This document shows positions 25,544 through 33,891 of a DNA stretch of 64,000 bases, one piece after another. The stretch is taken from positions 192,047 to 256,046 of the forward strand of contig JAXLQI010000001.1 of the NCBI GenBank assembly GCA_046331685.1. Reading direction: 5' to 3'. Source of the stretch: Candidatus Micrarchaeia archaeon (GTDB taxonomy: Archaea; Micrarchaeota; Micrarchaeia; Anstonellales; Bilamarchaeaceae). Within the stretch, counting starts at the first letter, position 1. Every line of letters begins with the position of its first letter. The notes under the pieces are model-generated. The model was not told the origin of the DNA and ran no database searches. It saw only the letters and a program-made list of their open reading frames with translations. Position numbers and translations under genes: made by a program.

Positions 25544-26311
25544 CTAGCCGACCACTTCGACCCGATAGAGGTAGCAGACGTCAAGGCCGTATCTACCGAC
25601 GAAGACGAGAGGGTTCTCCCGGTGCTCGTTAGGGTTGGAATTGACATACAGGGTGTAGCTCGTGCCATCCGCGGTCGCTATCGCATAATGGAGCCGGTGC
25701 TGGACGTCGTTGAATATCCCGGCTTCGACCACGGTCGCTGAGAATGCCGATGGGTCGAACCCTTCTTCGCTCTTGATCGCCCTGCATCCGGCGATCTTCG
25801 CCCTGAAATCCGGCAGATCCACGGCCGAGCGCATGTCGGCAGGCGCTATGCCCACATTGGTGGGGCGGGGAGAGCATGAGATCGATTCGATCCGTGCCAT
25901 CTCGGACGATGAGATCCTGCAGATGATCAGGCTCTCCTTGCCGTTCGAGACCTCGGATTTCTTGGACATGTCGATGCCGGTCACGGATCCGAGCGCCGAC
26001 GCCGCGGTCGGATCGGCGAGGACGAGGTAGATCCCGCTCCCGGTTCGGACGAAATCGAAATCCGTCCCGTTGAGGGTGAGCGTCTTCAGGCCGCTGGAGT
26101 TCCTGATGAACGACTCGAACCTGAAGCCGTTGGGATCGCTGCTGCTGACCAGGGTGAACGCCGAGAAGTAACGCTTGAGGGTGAAGAGCCGCAGGCGGGC
26201 GGACACGAAATCGAACCGGTCGATCTGAGGGTCGCTGACCGGGAAATCGAGCGTGGACATCCGGTCGCGGCCGACCGGCAGGATCTTCGGCCCTTCTTTC
26301 TTGGAAGCCAT
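25544..26311 (-). CDS. Hypothetical protein P2 (255 aa), family unknown
   Basis: Protein-like composition, whereas the overlapping 25629..26375 frame is an Arg/Pro shadow. The ATG abuts the stop of the upstream gene. Confidence 0.55.
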   Translation of the reverse strand: MASKKEGPKILPVGRDRMSTLDFPVSDPQIDRFDFVSARLRLFTLKRYFSAFTLVSSSDPNGFRFESFIRNSSGLKTLTLNGTDFDFVRTGSGIYLVLADPTAASALGSVTGIDMSKKSEVSNGKESLIICRISSSEMARIESISCSPRPTNVGIAPADMRSAVDLPDFRAKIAGCRAIKSEEGFDPSAFSATVVEAGIFNDVQHRLHYAIATADGTSYTLYVNSNPNEHRENPLVFVGRYGLDVCYLYRVEVVG

Positions 26312-27175
26312 TCAGACACCCCGGTAGAGGACGCAATTCTCCCCGTTGTACTGGAACATCACGACAGCGGTGCATCCGGAAGGGGCGGTGCTCGGGCAGT
26401 CGACATGGAGCCAGAAATCTGTCTCGGATTCCCCGGCCACGATATAGTAGAGCGCTCCGGAGGATTCCTCGAACACCTTCTTGAACTTGACCGATGAGGC
26501 GAAGGAAGCCATGTCGAACGCAGGATCCGAGCTCGTGAAGACGGAGACGGTCGCGAGCCTCTTCCTGAACAAAGAGATTTCCATCTCGGAGTGGGGGTCC
26601 GGGACAAGCGAGTCCTTCCTTCCCGCGGGCGCCTCGGAGCGTGTCGGGGCGGATTTGGCTGCGAGGGCGATAAGATGGAGGAGATCCTCCCTTGCGAGGA
26701 CAGAGAGGTATTTAACCTTCCCTTTCTCCGTCTTTAAGAAATCCTTCTTGTAGAGGTTGACGCTCATCATGCTTGGATTCTCGTAAAGATGCTCGGTCGG
26801 AACGTCGTAGATAGCGAAATAGGTCGAGCGTGTCTTGCCGATCGTGAAGACGACCTCCGAACCCGTGCCCGAAGCCTGGCTGATAGCGCCGAAATCGACC
26901 TTGAGCACCGCGGCGGACCGCAGGTTGTCTGCGAGGTTGCTGTAGAACCGCCTCCCGGTCCCGTCAGGTTCGGTCACGAGGATGCCCGAGCCGGGCGATG
27001 TGACCTCAAGCCTCGAGATGGCGTCCTTGAGGGCGTGGAAAACCTTGTCGGAGGATTTCGGGAGTATCGCCATGCCTTCTGCGGCAGGCTCCGGGAGCCG
27101 GAAACCGATCGTGGCTTCAGGATCGGCCCTCTTGAATAGCTTCGGGTCAGGCTGCCTCCGGTGATTATCAGACAT
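26312..27175 (-). CDS. Hypothetical protein P1 (287 aa), family unknown
   Basis: Soluble-looking, with no TM segment or signal peptide. The stop TGA (26312-26314) is directly followed by the P2 ATG (26311). Confidence 0.55.
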   Translation of the reverse strand: MSDNHRRQPDPKLFKRADPEATIGFRLPEPAAEGMAILPKSSDKVFHALKDAISRLEVTSPGSGILVTEPDGTGRRFYSNLADNLRSAAVLKVDFGAISQASGTGSEVVFTIGKTRSTYFAIYDVPTEHLYENPSMMSVNLYKKDFLKTEKGKVKYLSVLAREDLLHLIALAAKSAPTRSEAPAGRKDSLVPDPHSEMEISLFRKRLATVSVFTSSDPAFDMASFASSVKFKKVFEESSGALYYIVAGESETDFWLHVDCPSTAPSGCTAVVMFQYNGENCVLYRGV

Positions 27176-27283
27176 GCACTGTTATTGGCACCGGGGCTAT
27201 TTAATCCTTTTCTTCCGTCTTTACACACTAGAACGTCGATAGTATTAAAGGAAGGACTGAGAACAGATTCAGGCTGATCATAG

Positions 27284-28033
27284 ATGCACACGATAACCGT
27301 AGAAAAAGACATGCGTCTCTCCATAGGCGGTGACACCACGCTCGAAGCGGCGGACGGCATGGACGCATCCATAGTCATGAAACCCGGCCCGGACGCCAGG
27401 ATCGTCCTGAACGTGGGGAAGGGCTGCAGGATCAACACGTACATGATACAGGAGGAAGATGCCAAGGTCATCCAGACCAATCATATCGGCGAGGGATCGG
27501 TAGTGAAGACCTACAGCCTGTGGCTCCGCGGAGGCGGAGGGGAGATCACGAATTCCCTGGAAGGGCCCGGGGCGGAAGCCTACGACGTCCAGGTCTTCGT
27601 AGGCGCCGGGGAGAGGACCCTGCACCTGAATTCGATCCTGCGCCATGCCGGGAGAGGCACCAAAGGGAACATACTCGTCAAGGGGATCGTCAGGGACAGG
27701 GCCCGGGCCAAAGTCGACGGCATGATCAAGATCGAGAAAGGGGGGGGAGGGGCCGAATCGTTCCTGAGCCAGCATGTCATGCTCCTGAACCCCGGCGCGC
27801 ATGCGAGCGCGAACCCGGAGCTCGAGATCGAGAACAACGACGTCTCCTCAAGGCATGCTGCTTCGGTGTCGCAGATCGATTCAGACAAGATATTCTACCT
27901 GGAATCAAGGGGGCTCAGCGAAGCCGATTCCAGGAAGCTCATCATCGAGGGGTTCCTTGAGTCTGCGATCGGGCGCGTGGAGGACCAGACCGTCCGGAAA
28001 GAGCTGATGCACAAGACGATGAAGGCTCTATAA
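27284..28033 (+). CDS. sufD: SufD-like protein (short SufB/SufD family member)
   Basis: C-terminal ..HAASVSQIDSDKIFYLESRGLSEADSRKLIIEGFL parallels the SufB C-terminus. Beta-helix-like repeats lie upstream. Confidence 0.75.
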   Translation: MHTITVEKDMRLSIGGDTTLEAADGMDASIVMKPGPDARIVLNVGKGCRINTYMIQEEDAKVIQTNHIGEGSVVKTYSLWLRGGGGEITNSLEGPGAEAYDVQVFVGAGERTLHLNSILRHAGRGTKGNILVKGIVRDRARAKVDGMIKIEKGGGGAESFLSQHVMLLNPGAHASANPELEIENNDVSSRHAASVSQIDSDKIFYLESRGLSEADSRKLIIEGFLESAIGRVEDQTVRKELMHKTMKAL

Positions 28034-28057
28034 AAGGAATCCCCGAATCAGTAGTCC

Positions 28058-29839
28058 ATGAAACGGATCGCCATCTTCCTCCTGCTCTGCGCCGCGGTCG
28101 TATTCCCCTTCTCCATCGACTCCTATTACAACCATGCCGAGATCATGCCCGACGGATCCGTCAGGGTCCATGAGGACATCAATTTCACCCTGGAGAAGCA
28201 GTATAACGAAGGTTTCCGATCGATCCGGCCGGCCGACTTCGACGATCTCTCAGACATAGTGCTGACCGGAGTCAAGGTGGACGGGAAGGCATCGGAGAGC
28301 TTCACCCAGATGAACGGCGATGACGCGGAGATAGTCTGGAAAGACACCCACGAGGGGGTGAACGAGGTCGAGCTCGATTACATCCTCAAGGACCGAGCAG
28401 AAGTGTGGGACGACTACGGGCGGGTGTGCTATGAGCATTTCGGCGCGAACTGGCCCGTTCCGGCGGCGGCATTCCGCTCAAGGATGGACCTTCCTCAGGA
28501 GAGTCTCGGGAGGACCGTGCATTTCGAGATCTATTCTGAGAAGAAAGGGACCGCGGAGCTGGATAATCTTTCCGTTCACGTATCCATCGACGACGTCCCT
28601 CCGGGGAACTTCGTGGGAGGGTGCTATCTCTTCCCGAAAGACGCCGTCAATTCCACGAAAAGGATGGACGGCTCGGCCCTGGACATCCTCCAGGACGAGA
28701 GGAAAGCTTATGGATCCGCTTCCATATTGACTCCGGAACTGCCTACCCCGTTCTTCTTCTGCTGCATCCCTGGGACCGCTCTGCTCATGATCGCCGCGGC
28801 CGCCGCACTGACGCAGGGGCATGGAAGGAAGAGGATGCCGGAGAACATCCTACCCCCTTCCGAGGAAGATCCTGCGGTCGTCGCAGCGATCGTGAGGAAC
28901 GATTTCCCTGAGAAAGACGTGGCCGCGGCCACGATCCTCGACCTGATCAACCGGGGGGTGATGGACATAGTGGAGCTCGAGAAGAAGGGCGAGGACTCGG
29001 CGACCGTCCAGAGGCAGAGGACCATCCTGATGCTGAGGAAGACCACGGGCATAAAGCCTCACGAGAAGGCCCTGATAGACATGATCTTCGACGGACAGAA
29101 GGAGGTCGAGCTGGACGAGCGGGCGAAGAAGCTGGACGCGATCGGCTCGCAGAGCGAAGCCCAGAAGACCTCGGTGTCAAAGAACATGGAATCGTTCCTG
29201 CTCGGCGCGAAGGCCAAGGCCACAGCGAAGGGAGGGTGGCTTGACGATCCGGCCGGCAACAGGGCCGGCCTCGCGGTGTTCTTCGCGATGTTCGCTTTTT
29301 TCATCGGGATATTCTCGTTCGTCTGGTCCATCAGCGAATACGACAATTACGCGTATTACGGCCAGCTCTGGATGCTTTGGGCCATAATCGGCTCCATACC
29401 GGTGGGCGGGCTCGCATATCTCGCCTTAGCGTATTCGTATGCCACGCCCAAGCCCCTCAAGGGACGGGAAGAGGAGTTCGAGAGATGGGACGCTTTCTCG
29501 AGGGCGGTCGGCTCCAGCAGGCTGAAGGAATACCCTCCGGCTTCTGTGGCGATCTGGGGGAGGATACTCGTCTATGCGACCGTGCTCGGCATGGCGGACA
29601 AGGTGCGGAACCACCTCTCTGAGCTCGACAGCTTCAGCCTAAGGAGGATAGAGAGCATGGATGCCGTACGCAGGTCGTCATACGTCTTCTACGCTTCGAG
29701 CGTCGCCGCGAACAACCTCGCATCGAGCGGGAACCGCTCGGGATACACCGGCAGCTCATCAGGATCTTCCGGCGGCTGGAGTTCGGGCGGCGGCGGGGGG
29801 TTCAGCAGCGGCTCGTCGGGGGGCGGGGGCTTCAGGTGA
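28058..29839 (+). CDS. DUF2207-family membrane protein
   Basis: Signal/TM segment, extracellular N-domain, central TM, C-terminal TM cluster and a Gly/Ser-rich tail (SSGSSGGWSSGGGGGFSSGSSGGGGFR), typical of DUF2207. Confidence 0.7.
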   Translation: MKRIAIFLLLCAAVVFPFSIDSYYNHAEIMPDGSVRVHEDINFTLEKQYNEGFRSIRPADFDDLSDIVLTGVKVDGKASESFTQMNGDDAEIVWKDTHEGVNEVELDYILKDRAEVWDDYGRVCYEHFGANWPVPAAAFRSRMDLPQESLGRTVHFEIYSEKKGTAELDNLSVHVSIDDVPPGNFVGGCYLFPKDAVNSTKRMDGSALDILQDERKAYGSASILTPELPTPFFFCCIPGTALLMIAAAAALTQGHGRKRMPENILPPSEEDPAVVAAIVRNDFPEKDVAAATILDLINRGVMDIVELEKKGEDSATVQRQRTILMLRKTTGIKPHEKALIDMIFDGQKEVELDERAKKLDAIGSQSEAQKTSVSKNMESFLLGAKAKATAKGGWLDDPAGNRAGLAVFFAMFAFFIGIFSFVWSISEYDNYAYYGQLWMLWAIIGSIPVGGLAYLALAYSYATPKPLKGREEEFERWDAFSRAVGSSRLKEYPPASVAIWGRILVYATVLGMADKVRNHLSELDSFSLRRIESMDAVRRSSYVFYASSVAANNLASSGNRSGYTGSSSGSSGGWSSGGGGGFSSGSSGGGGFR

Positions 29840-30023
29840 TTCGTGACACCGATTTATAAAGACTTTCAGTCCCAGATATCACACAATCGACCATGCAATA
29901 TAAACAGGAGGTGTATGTGAGTGTACAAGAACGGAAGGGGTTTACTTTTCGAGGGCCAGTGAAAGCGCTAATTATGCAAAGCAAGGAAGGCCGTGCGCCC
30001 TCGAAGGCGAGCGGCTGGAAGAG

Positions 30024-30128
30024 ATGTTGGAACTCTATTACAGCAGGCCATTGTCCCTGCGCGAGCTCGCGAGGATCTACGGCGTGTCGAGGATGAGCAT
30101 CTGGAGAGCGGTCCAGGCTTCCTCCTGA
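30024..30128 (+). pseudogene. Short HTH ORF, possibly the remnant of a resolvase-type C-terminal HTH domain
   Basis: The frame reads ..GRPCALEGERLEEMLELYYSRPLSLRELARIYGVSRMSIWRAV, like the GRP..L...HTH tail of serine recombinases. No start codon lies upstream of M30024 and no catalytic domain is present. Confidence 0.35.
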
Positions 30129-30137
30129 GGTGGGATT

Positions 30138-30536
30138 ATGACGAAACCTATCGCGGTAGAGCCCAGGATGGATGCCGGATGCGGCGGAAGCGGGATACTC
30201 CAGAGAGCAGGCGAGAAAGGCCTGGCGCGGGCGCTCGCCGAGAGAGCGAATGCGCTTGTCGAGACCGTATATAACGCGGCAGGAAAGCCGGCGAGCGCGA
30301 ACGACCTCCTCGCTGCGTACAGAGGCCTGCGTGAGATCGAGATGGACAGCGATGCCCCGAGCCTTTGCGGGATCCCATCCGACCGCGTCCATCTGCGATG
30401 CAGGGGGGACCCGTTCGAGATCGGCAGGATAACCAACCTCCGCGAAGCGGTGGCCGAGTGCCGGGCGTACCTGGATGGCGAACTGGATAAGCGCGGATAT
30501 AAGGAGCACCCCGCGAACTATTCGTACGGATACTGA
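30138..30536 (+). CDS. Hypothetical protein (132 aa)
   Basis: Starts 10 nt after the HTH ORF stop. No family recognised. The long antisense ORF is judged a shadow. Confidence 0.4.
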   Translation: MTKPIAVEPRMDAGCGGSGILQRAGEKGLARALAERANALVETVYNAAGKPASANDLLAAYRGLREIEMDSDAPSLCGIPSDRVHLRCRGDPFEIGRITNLREAVAECRAYLDGELDKRGYKEHPANYSYGY

Positions 30537-30540
30537 GCTG

Positions 30541-30897
30541 GTGGGTTTGGAGAGATTGCGGAGGCCGGGCCGGACTGATGCTCCGGATCCCGGCTTTTCC
30601 CGGAGATTCGAAGAGGAGAACGGGCGCTGGAGGCTCCGGCAGTTCATATCCGGGAGGATCCATGTCATCGAAGGCGCCGAATTCTCGACATACAAAGCGA
30701 CGCTGAACGACGGCGTCGGCGAAGAGGAGCTGCACGCTTTCGCGCTCAAGTCGCTCGGAGGGCGGGAGATCCCGCCCCTGATGCCCGAGGCCGCAGGCGA
30801 CCGGGCACTGAAGCTTTTCCGGGCGGCAGAGGAGGCCGGCCTGGTCCGGCTCGAGAAGGTGCATTCGAGCCCGATCCCTGCCCATAGACCGAGATGA
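30541..30897 (+). CDS. Hypothetical protein (~118 aa, GTG start assumed)
   Basis: In-frame GTG 5 nt after the previous stop. No family recognised. Confidence 0.35.
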   Translation: MGLERLRRPGRTDAPDPGFSRRFEEENGRWRLRQFISGRIHVIEGAEFSTYKATLNDGVGEEELHAFALKSLGGREIPPLMPEAAGDRALKLFRAAEEAGLVRLEKVHSSPIPAHRPR

Positions 30898-30985
30898 GAA
30901 CCGCGGGACACCCTCTGGAACAACCTTTCAGAATATTTTTAATACCTGAGCGATAAATCGACTAAAAAACCAACTAGTGATCGCT

Positions 30986-32089
30986 ATGCGCAGGGAAGAC
31001 GAATTCGGATTCGAGAGAGTGTTTGAAGTATATGACCAGAAGACCGGGATGCAGGGAGTGTGCGTAATCCACAACACAGCGCGCGGCCCGGGTAAAGGCG
31101 GGATCAGGATGGTCCCGGACCTCACGACCGAGGAGGTCATGGGGCTCGCACGGGCGATGACCTGGAAGAACGCCATGGCCGACCTGCCCTTCGGAGGGGC
31201 CAAGAGCGGCATCAGGGCCGACCCGAGGAAGCTGACAGCCGAGCAGAAGGAAGCGCAGATGAGGGCTTTCGCGCGGAAGATCAAGGAGATGATCCCGGGC
31301 CTTTACATCGCCGGCCCTGATATGAACACGACCGAGAGGGAGATGGCGCAGTTCGCCGACGAGATCGGGACGCCGAAGGCATGCACGGGGAAGCCTGCGA
31401 GCGTCGGCGGCCTCCCCCACGAGCTCGGCTCCACCGGATTCGGTGTCGCGACGGCGACCAGGGTCGCGGTCGCCCACATGGGCAAGGACCTGAACGGCAT
31501 GAGCGTGGCGATCGAAGGCTTCGGCAACGTGGGCACCTTCACGATGAAGTTCCTCACCGAATGGGGGGCGAAAGTGGTCGCGGTCTCGGATTCCAAAGGG
31601 ACCATCTACAGCAAGGAAGGCCTCAACTACGAGGACCTGATGAGGATCAAGGCCCAGCACGGCACGGTGACAGCCGGCAAGGGCGAGAAGCTCGACGCTG
31701 CCAAGCTGTTCGAGCTTCCGGTGGATATACTGGTGCCGGGCGCAAGGCCCGATGTGATCAACAAGGACAATGTCGGCAATGTGAAGGCTAAGATCGTGGC
31801 CGAAGCCGCGAACCTCCCTGCGAAGTATGAGATCGAGCAGATCCTGATGAAGAAAGGCGTCGTCGTCCTACCGGATTTCGTCGCCAACGCAGGCGGCGTC
31901 ATCTCCAGCTGGTGCGAGACCATGGGATGGAACGAAGAGGCGATGTTCAAGGTCGTGGAGGGAAAGCTCAAGAACAACACGAGGATGATGCTCGAGCGGG
32001 CCAAGGACCATGATACGAGGAAAGCGGCGCTCGAGATTGCGAAGGAACGCGTCATGGACGCCATGAGGTTCCGCGGATGGTCAAAGTAG
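30986..32089 (+). CDS. Glu/Leu/Phe/Val dehydrogenase family protein (short, ~367 aa)
   Basis: GPGKGGIRM (catalytic Lys region), PFGGAKSGI and the Rossmann motif VAIEGFGNVG. Confidence 0.85.
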   Translation: MRREDEFGFERVFEVYDQKTGMQGVCVIHNTARGPGKGGIRMVPDLTTEEVMGLARAMTWKNAMADLPFGGAKSGIRADPRKLTAEQKEAQMRAFARKIKEMIPGLYIAGPDMNTTEREMAQFADEIGTPKACTGKPASVGGLPHELGSTGFGVATATRVAVAHMGKDLNGMSVAIEGFGNVGTFTMKFLTEWGAKVVAVSDSKGTIYSKEGLNYEDLMRIKAQHGTVTAGKGEKLDAAKLFELPVDILVPGARPDVINKDNVGNVKAKIVAEAANLPAKYEIEQILMKKGVVVLPDFVANAGGVISSWCETMGWNEEAMFKVVEGKLKNNTRMMLERAKDHDTRKAALEIAKERVMDAMRFRGWSK

Positions 32090-32556
32090 ATTACGTCGTC
32101 TTTTTCGTGGCCGGCGCCGCCATAATCCTCGCGATCGCAGCATGCGGCCTCCTCGCATTCCTTTTCTTCTCTTCACAGCCGGCTCCTCCGTCCCCGCAGC
32201 AGAATCATACGAACACGTCGTTCAACTCCTCCAACCAGAGCGGGAACGGCAGCACGATAAGCGAGCAGGATTTCAGCCTGTGGCTGCTGATCAGGAAAGA
32301 CAATGTCGAGTCGGCATGCCTCCAGAAGGCGCGCGAACAGGCCGGCTCGCAGGCATGGGGGGTGAACGCCTGCACCTGCAAGGAGACCATAACGCCGGAG
32401 ACCAAATCGTATAAATGCGATATCGACACCGCGGACCCCACGACCAGGTATTTCGCCGACATCGATTGCAGCCTTGTGAGCCGCAACTGCCGGGTGGTCA
32501 CGAATTTCGGGTCGCAGAATGTGACGTTCGAGCAGCTCGGCCAATGGTACGGCTAG
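32077..32556 (+). CDS. Membrane-anchored Cys-motif protein, family M1 paralog
   Basis: N-terminal TM segment, Asn/Ser-rich linker with N-x-S/T sequons, then ACLQKAREQA..C.C...K.YKCDIDTADPT...DC...NC, matching 12181..12618. Confidence 0.55.
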   Translation: MVKVDYVVFFVAGAAIILAIAACGLLAFLFFSSQPAPPSPQQNHTNTSFNSSNQSGNGSTISEQDFSLWLLIRKDNVESACLQKAREQAGSQAWGVNACTCKETITPETKSYKCDIDTADPTTRYFADIDCSLVSRNCRVVTNFGSQNVTFEQLGQWYG

Positions 32557-33031
32557 CGATGGACCGGGACTCTGAGATCGCCTCTTCGATCGATCCTATG
32601 CATGAGGAGGCCCTGGACCTTAGCCTGGCCAGAGTGAGGGCAGGGATTGCGATGAACCCTGCGAAAAGGACGAGGACCGTCATAGCCCCCGAGCACGCCA
32701 CCTGGGCGAAGCCGTCTTTTCCTGATGTGAGGATGGATCCGGCGAACGCGACGAAGCTTCCGAAGACCGCGATCCTGCAGCCCTTCCCGGTGCGCTCCAT
32801 ATCCGAGCGGATGTACTCCGCGACCGACCTCGAAGCTTCTGCCTCGAAAGCCTCCTCGACTTTCTCGATCCGGTCCAGGAGGAAGCCGGCCCCGGGCGTC
32901 CTCGACCCTTCGGGCAGTTCCTTGAACCTGCCGAGGTAGAGACGGAGGGCCTCGAGACTCTCCGCGGTCCTCTCCAGGCGCAGCTCGGCTGCAGACTGGA
33001 TCGCTCTCTTGAACGCAGGAACTACGACCAT
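32498..33031 (-). CDS. Hypothetical protein with C-terminal hydrophobic segments
   Basis: More protein-like than the opposite-strand ORF 32415..32939. Its 3' end overlaps 32077..32556 by 59 nt, so the end is uncertain. Confidence 0.35.
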   Translation of the reverse strand: MVVVPAFKRAIQSAAELRLERTAESLEALRLYLGRFKELPEGSRTPGAGFLLDRIEKVEEAFEAEASRSVAEYIRSDMERTGKGCRIAVFGSFVAFAGSILTSGKDGFAQVACSGAMTVLVLFAGFIAIPALTLARLRSRASSCIGSIEEAISESRSIASRTIGRAARTSHSATRNS

Positions 33032-33135
33032 GTTTCGATACTTATTGCCATAGCATTTTTATATCATCCGCAGCGGCCGGAGAAAGGATTAATTCATTGC
33101 GCCCATCAATCATCCTAGCGACCAGGGTGAAAGAG

Positions 33136-33531
33136 ATGAAGGTGATAAAGCAGACGGTAGATTTCAGGGCCAGCCCCCATGAAGTATATGAGGCGCTGAT
33201 GGACCAGAAGAAGCATTCGGAGTTCACCGGGTCGCCTGCCAGGATCAGCCGGAATATAGGCGGGAATTTCTCGGCCTATGGAGGCGGGATACACGGAAGG
33301 AATATCGAGCTGGTCCCGGACAGGAGGATCGTGCAGGACTGGCATTGCGAGACCGAAGGGTGGCCGGAAGGGCATCTCTCCAGGGTGGAGTTCGTCCTCG
33401 AGAAGTCCGCAGGCGGAACGCTCCTCAGATTCACGCAGAGCAGGGTCCCGGACAAGGCCTATGAGGACATACGCGACGGATGGGAAGAGTATTACTGGAA
33501 ACCGATGAAAGCGATGTTCAAGGGGAAATGA
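33136..33531 (+). CDS. SRPBCC superfamily protein (AHSA1/Aha1-like domain)
   Basis: MKVIKQTVDFRASPHEVYEALMDQKKHSEFTG...GG.L.F.Q..VP pattern. Confidence 0.7.
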   Translation: MKVIKQTVDFRASPHEVYEALMDQKKHSEFTGSPARISRNIGGNFSAYGGGIHGRNIELVPDRRIVQDWHCETEGWPEGHLSRVEFVLEKSAGGTLLRFTQSRVPDKAYEDIRDGWEEYYWKPMKAMFKGK

Positions 33532-33854
33532 AGGTGGATGGGATGAAACATGTCATCATGAGATATAAGGCACGGAAGGATAAGGTCGAGGCAGTGAAGA
33601 AGGCTTTAGCCGACTACGTCGACTCGGTGCGCGGGCATGAGCCGTACACGGTCTGCGAGGGGTTCGCGGAAGGGGAAGATGGATTCATGCACATGACCGC
33701 GTTCCGGGACGCCAAATCGGAGAGGCTCCACAACGAGGCCGGATACACCAACCGGTTTTTCGACCTGCTCTACCAATCATGCACGGAGCAGCCGGCCACT
33801 ACCGAAATCCGCCTGGTCCGTTCGAGCAGGCCGGAGCACCGTGAAAAGTGGTAA
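33528..33854 (+). CDS. ABM-like (antibiotic biosynthesis monooxygenase fold) protein, tentative
   Basis: ATGA overlap with the previous stop. ~100 aa with ..FMHMTAFRDAKSERLH.., typical of ABM domains. Confidence 0.5.
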   Translation: MKVDGMKHVIMRYKARKDKVEAVKKALADYVDSVRGHEPYTVCEGFAEGEDGFMHMTAFRDAKSERLHNEAGYTNRFFDLLYQSCTEQPATTEIRLVRSSRPEHREKW

Positions 33855-33891
33855 AGAAACGTATTTAAAGTAGATAAGCCGACATATCTGC

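Noticed and set aside
29832-30923. 363-aa ORF on the minus strand
   Set aside because: Extremely Ser/Arg/Pro/Ala-rich with no recognisable motif, typical of an antisense shadow in GC-rich DNA. The plus strand carries three compact, better-looking ORFs. Confidence in this choice is only moderate.
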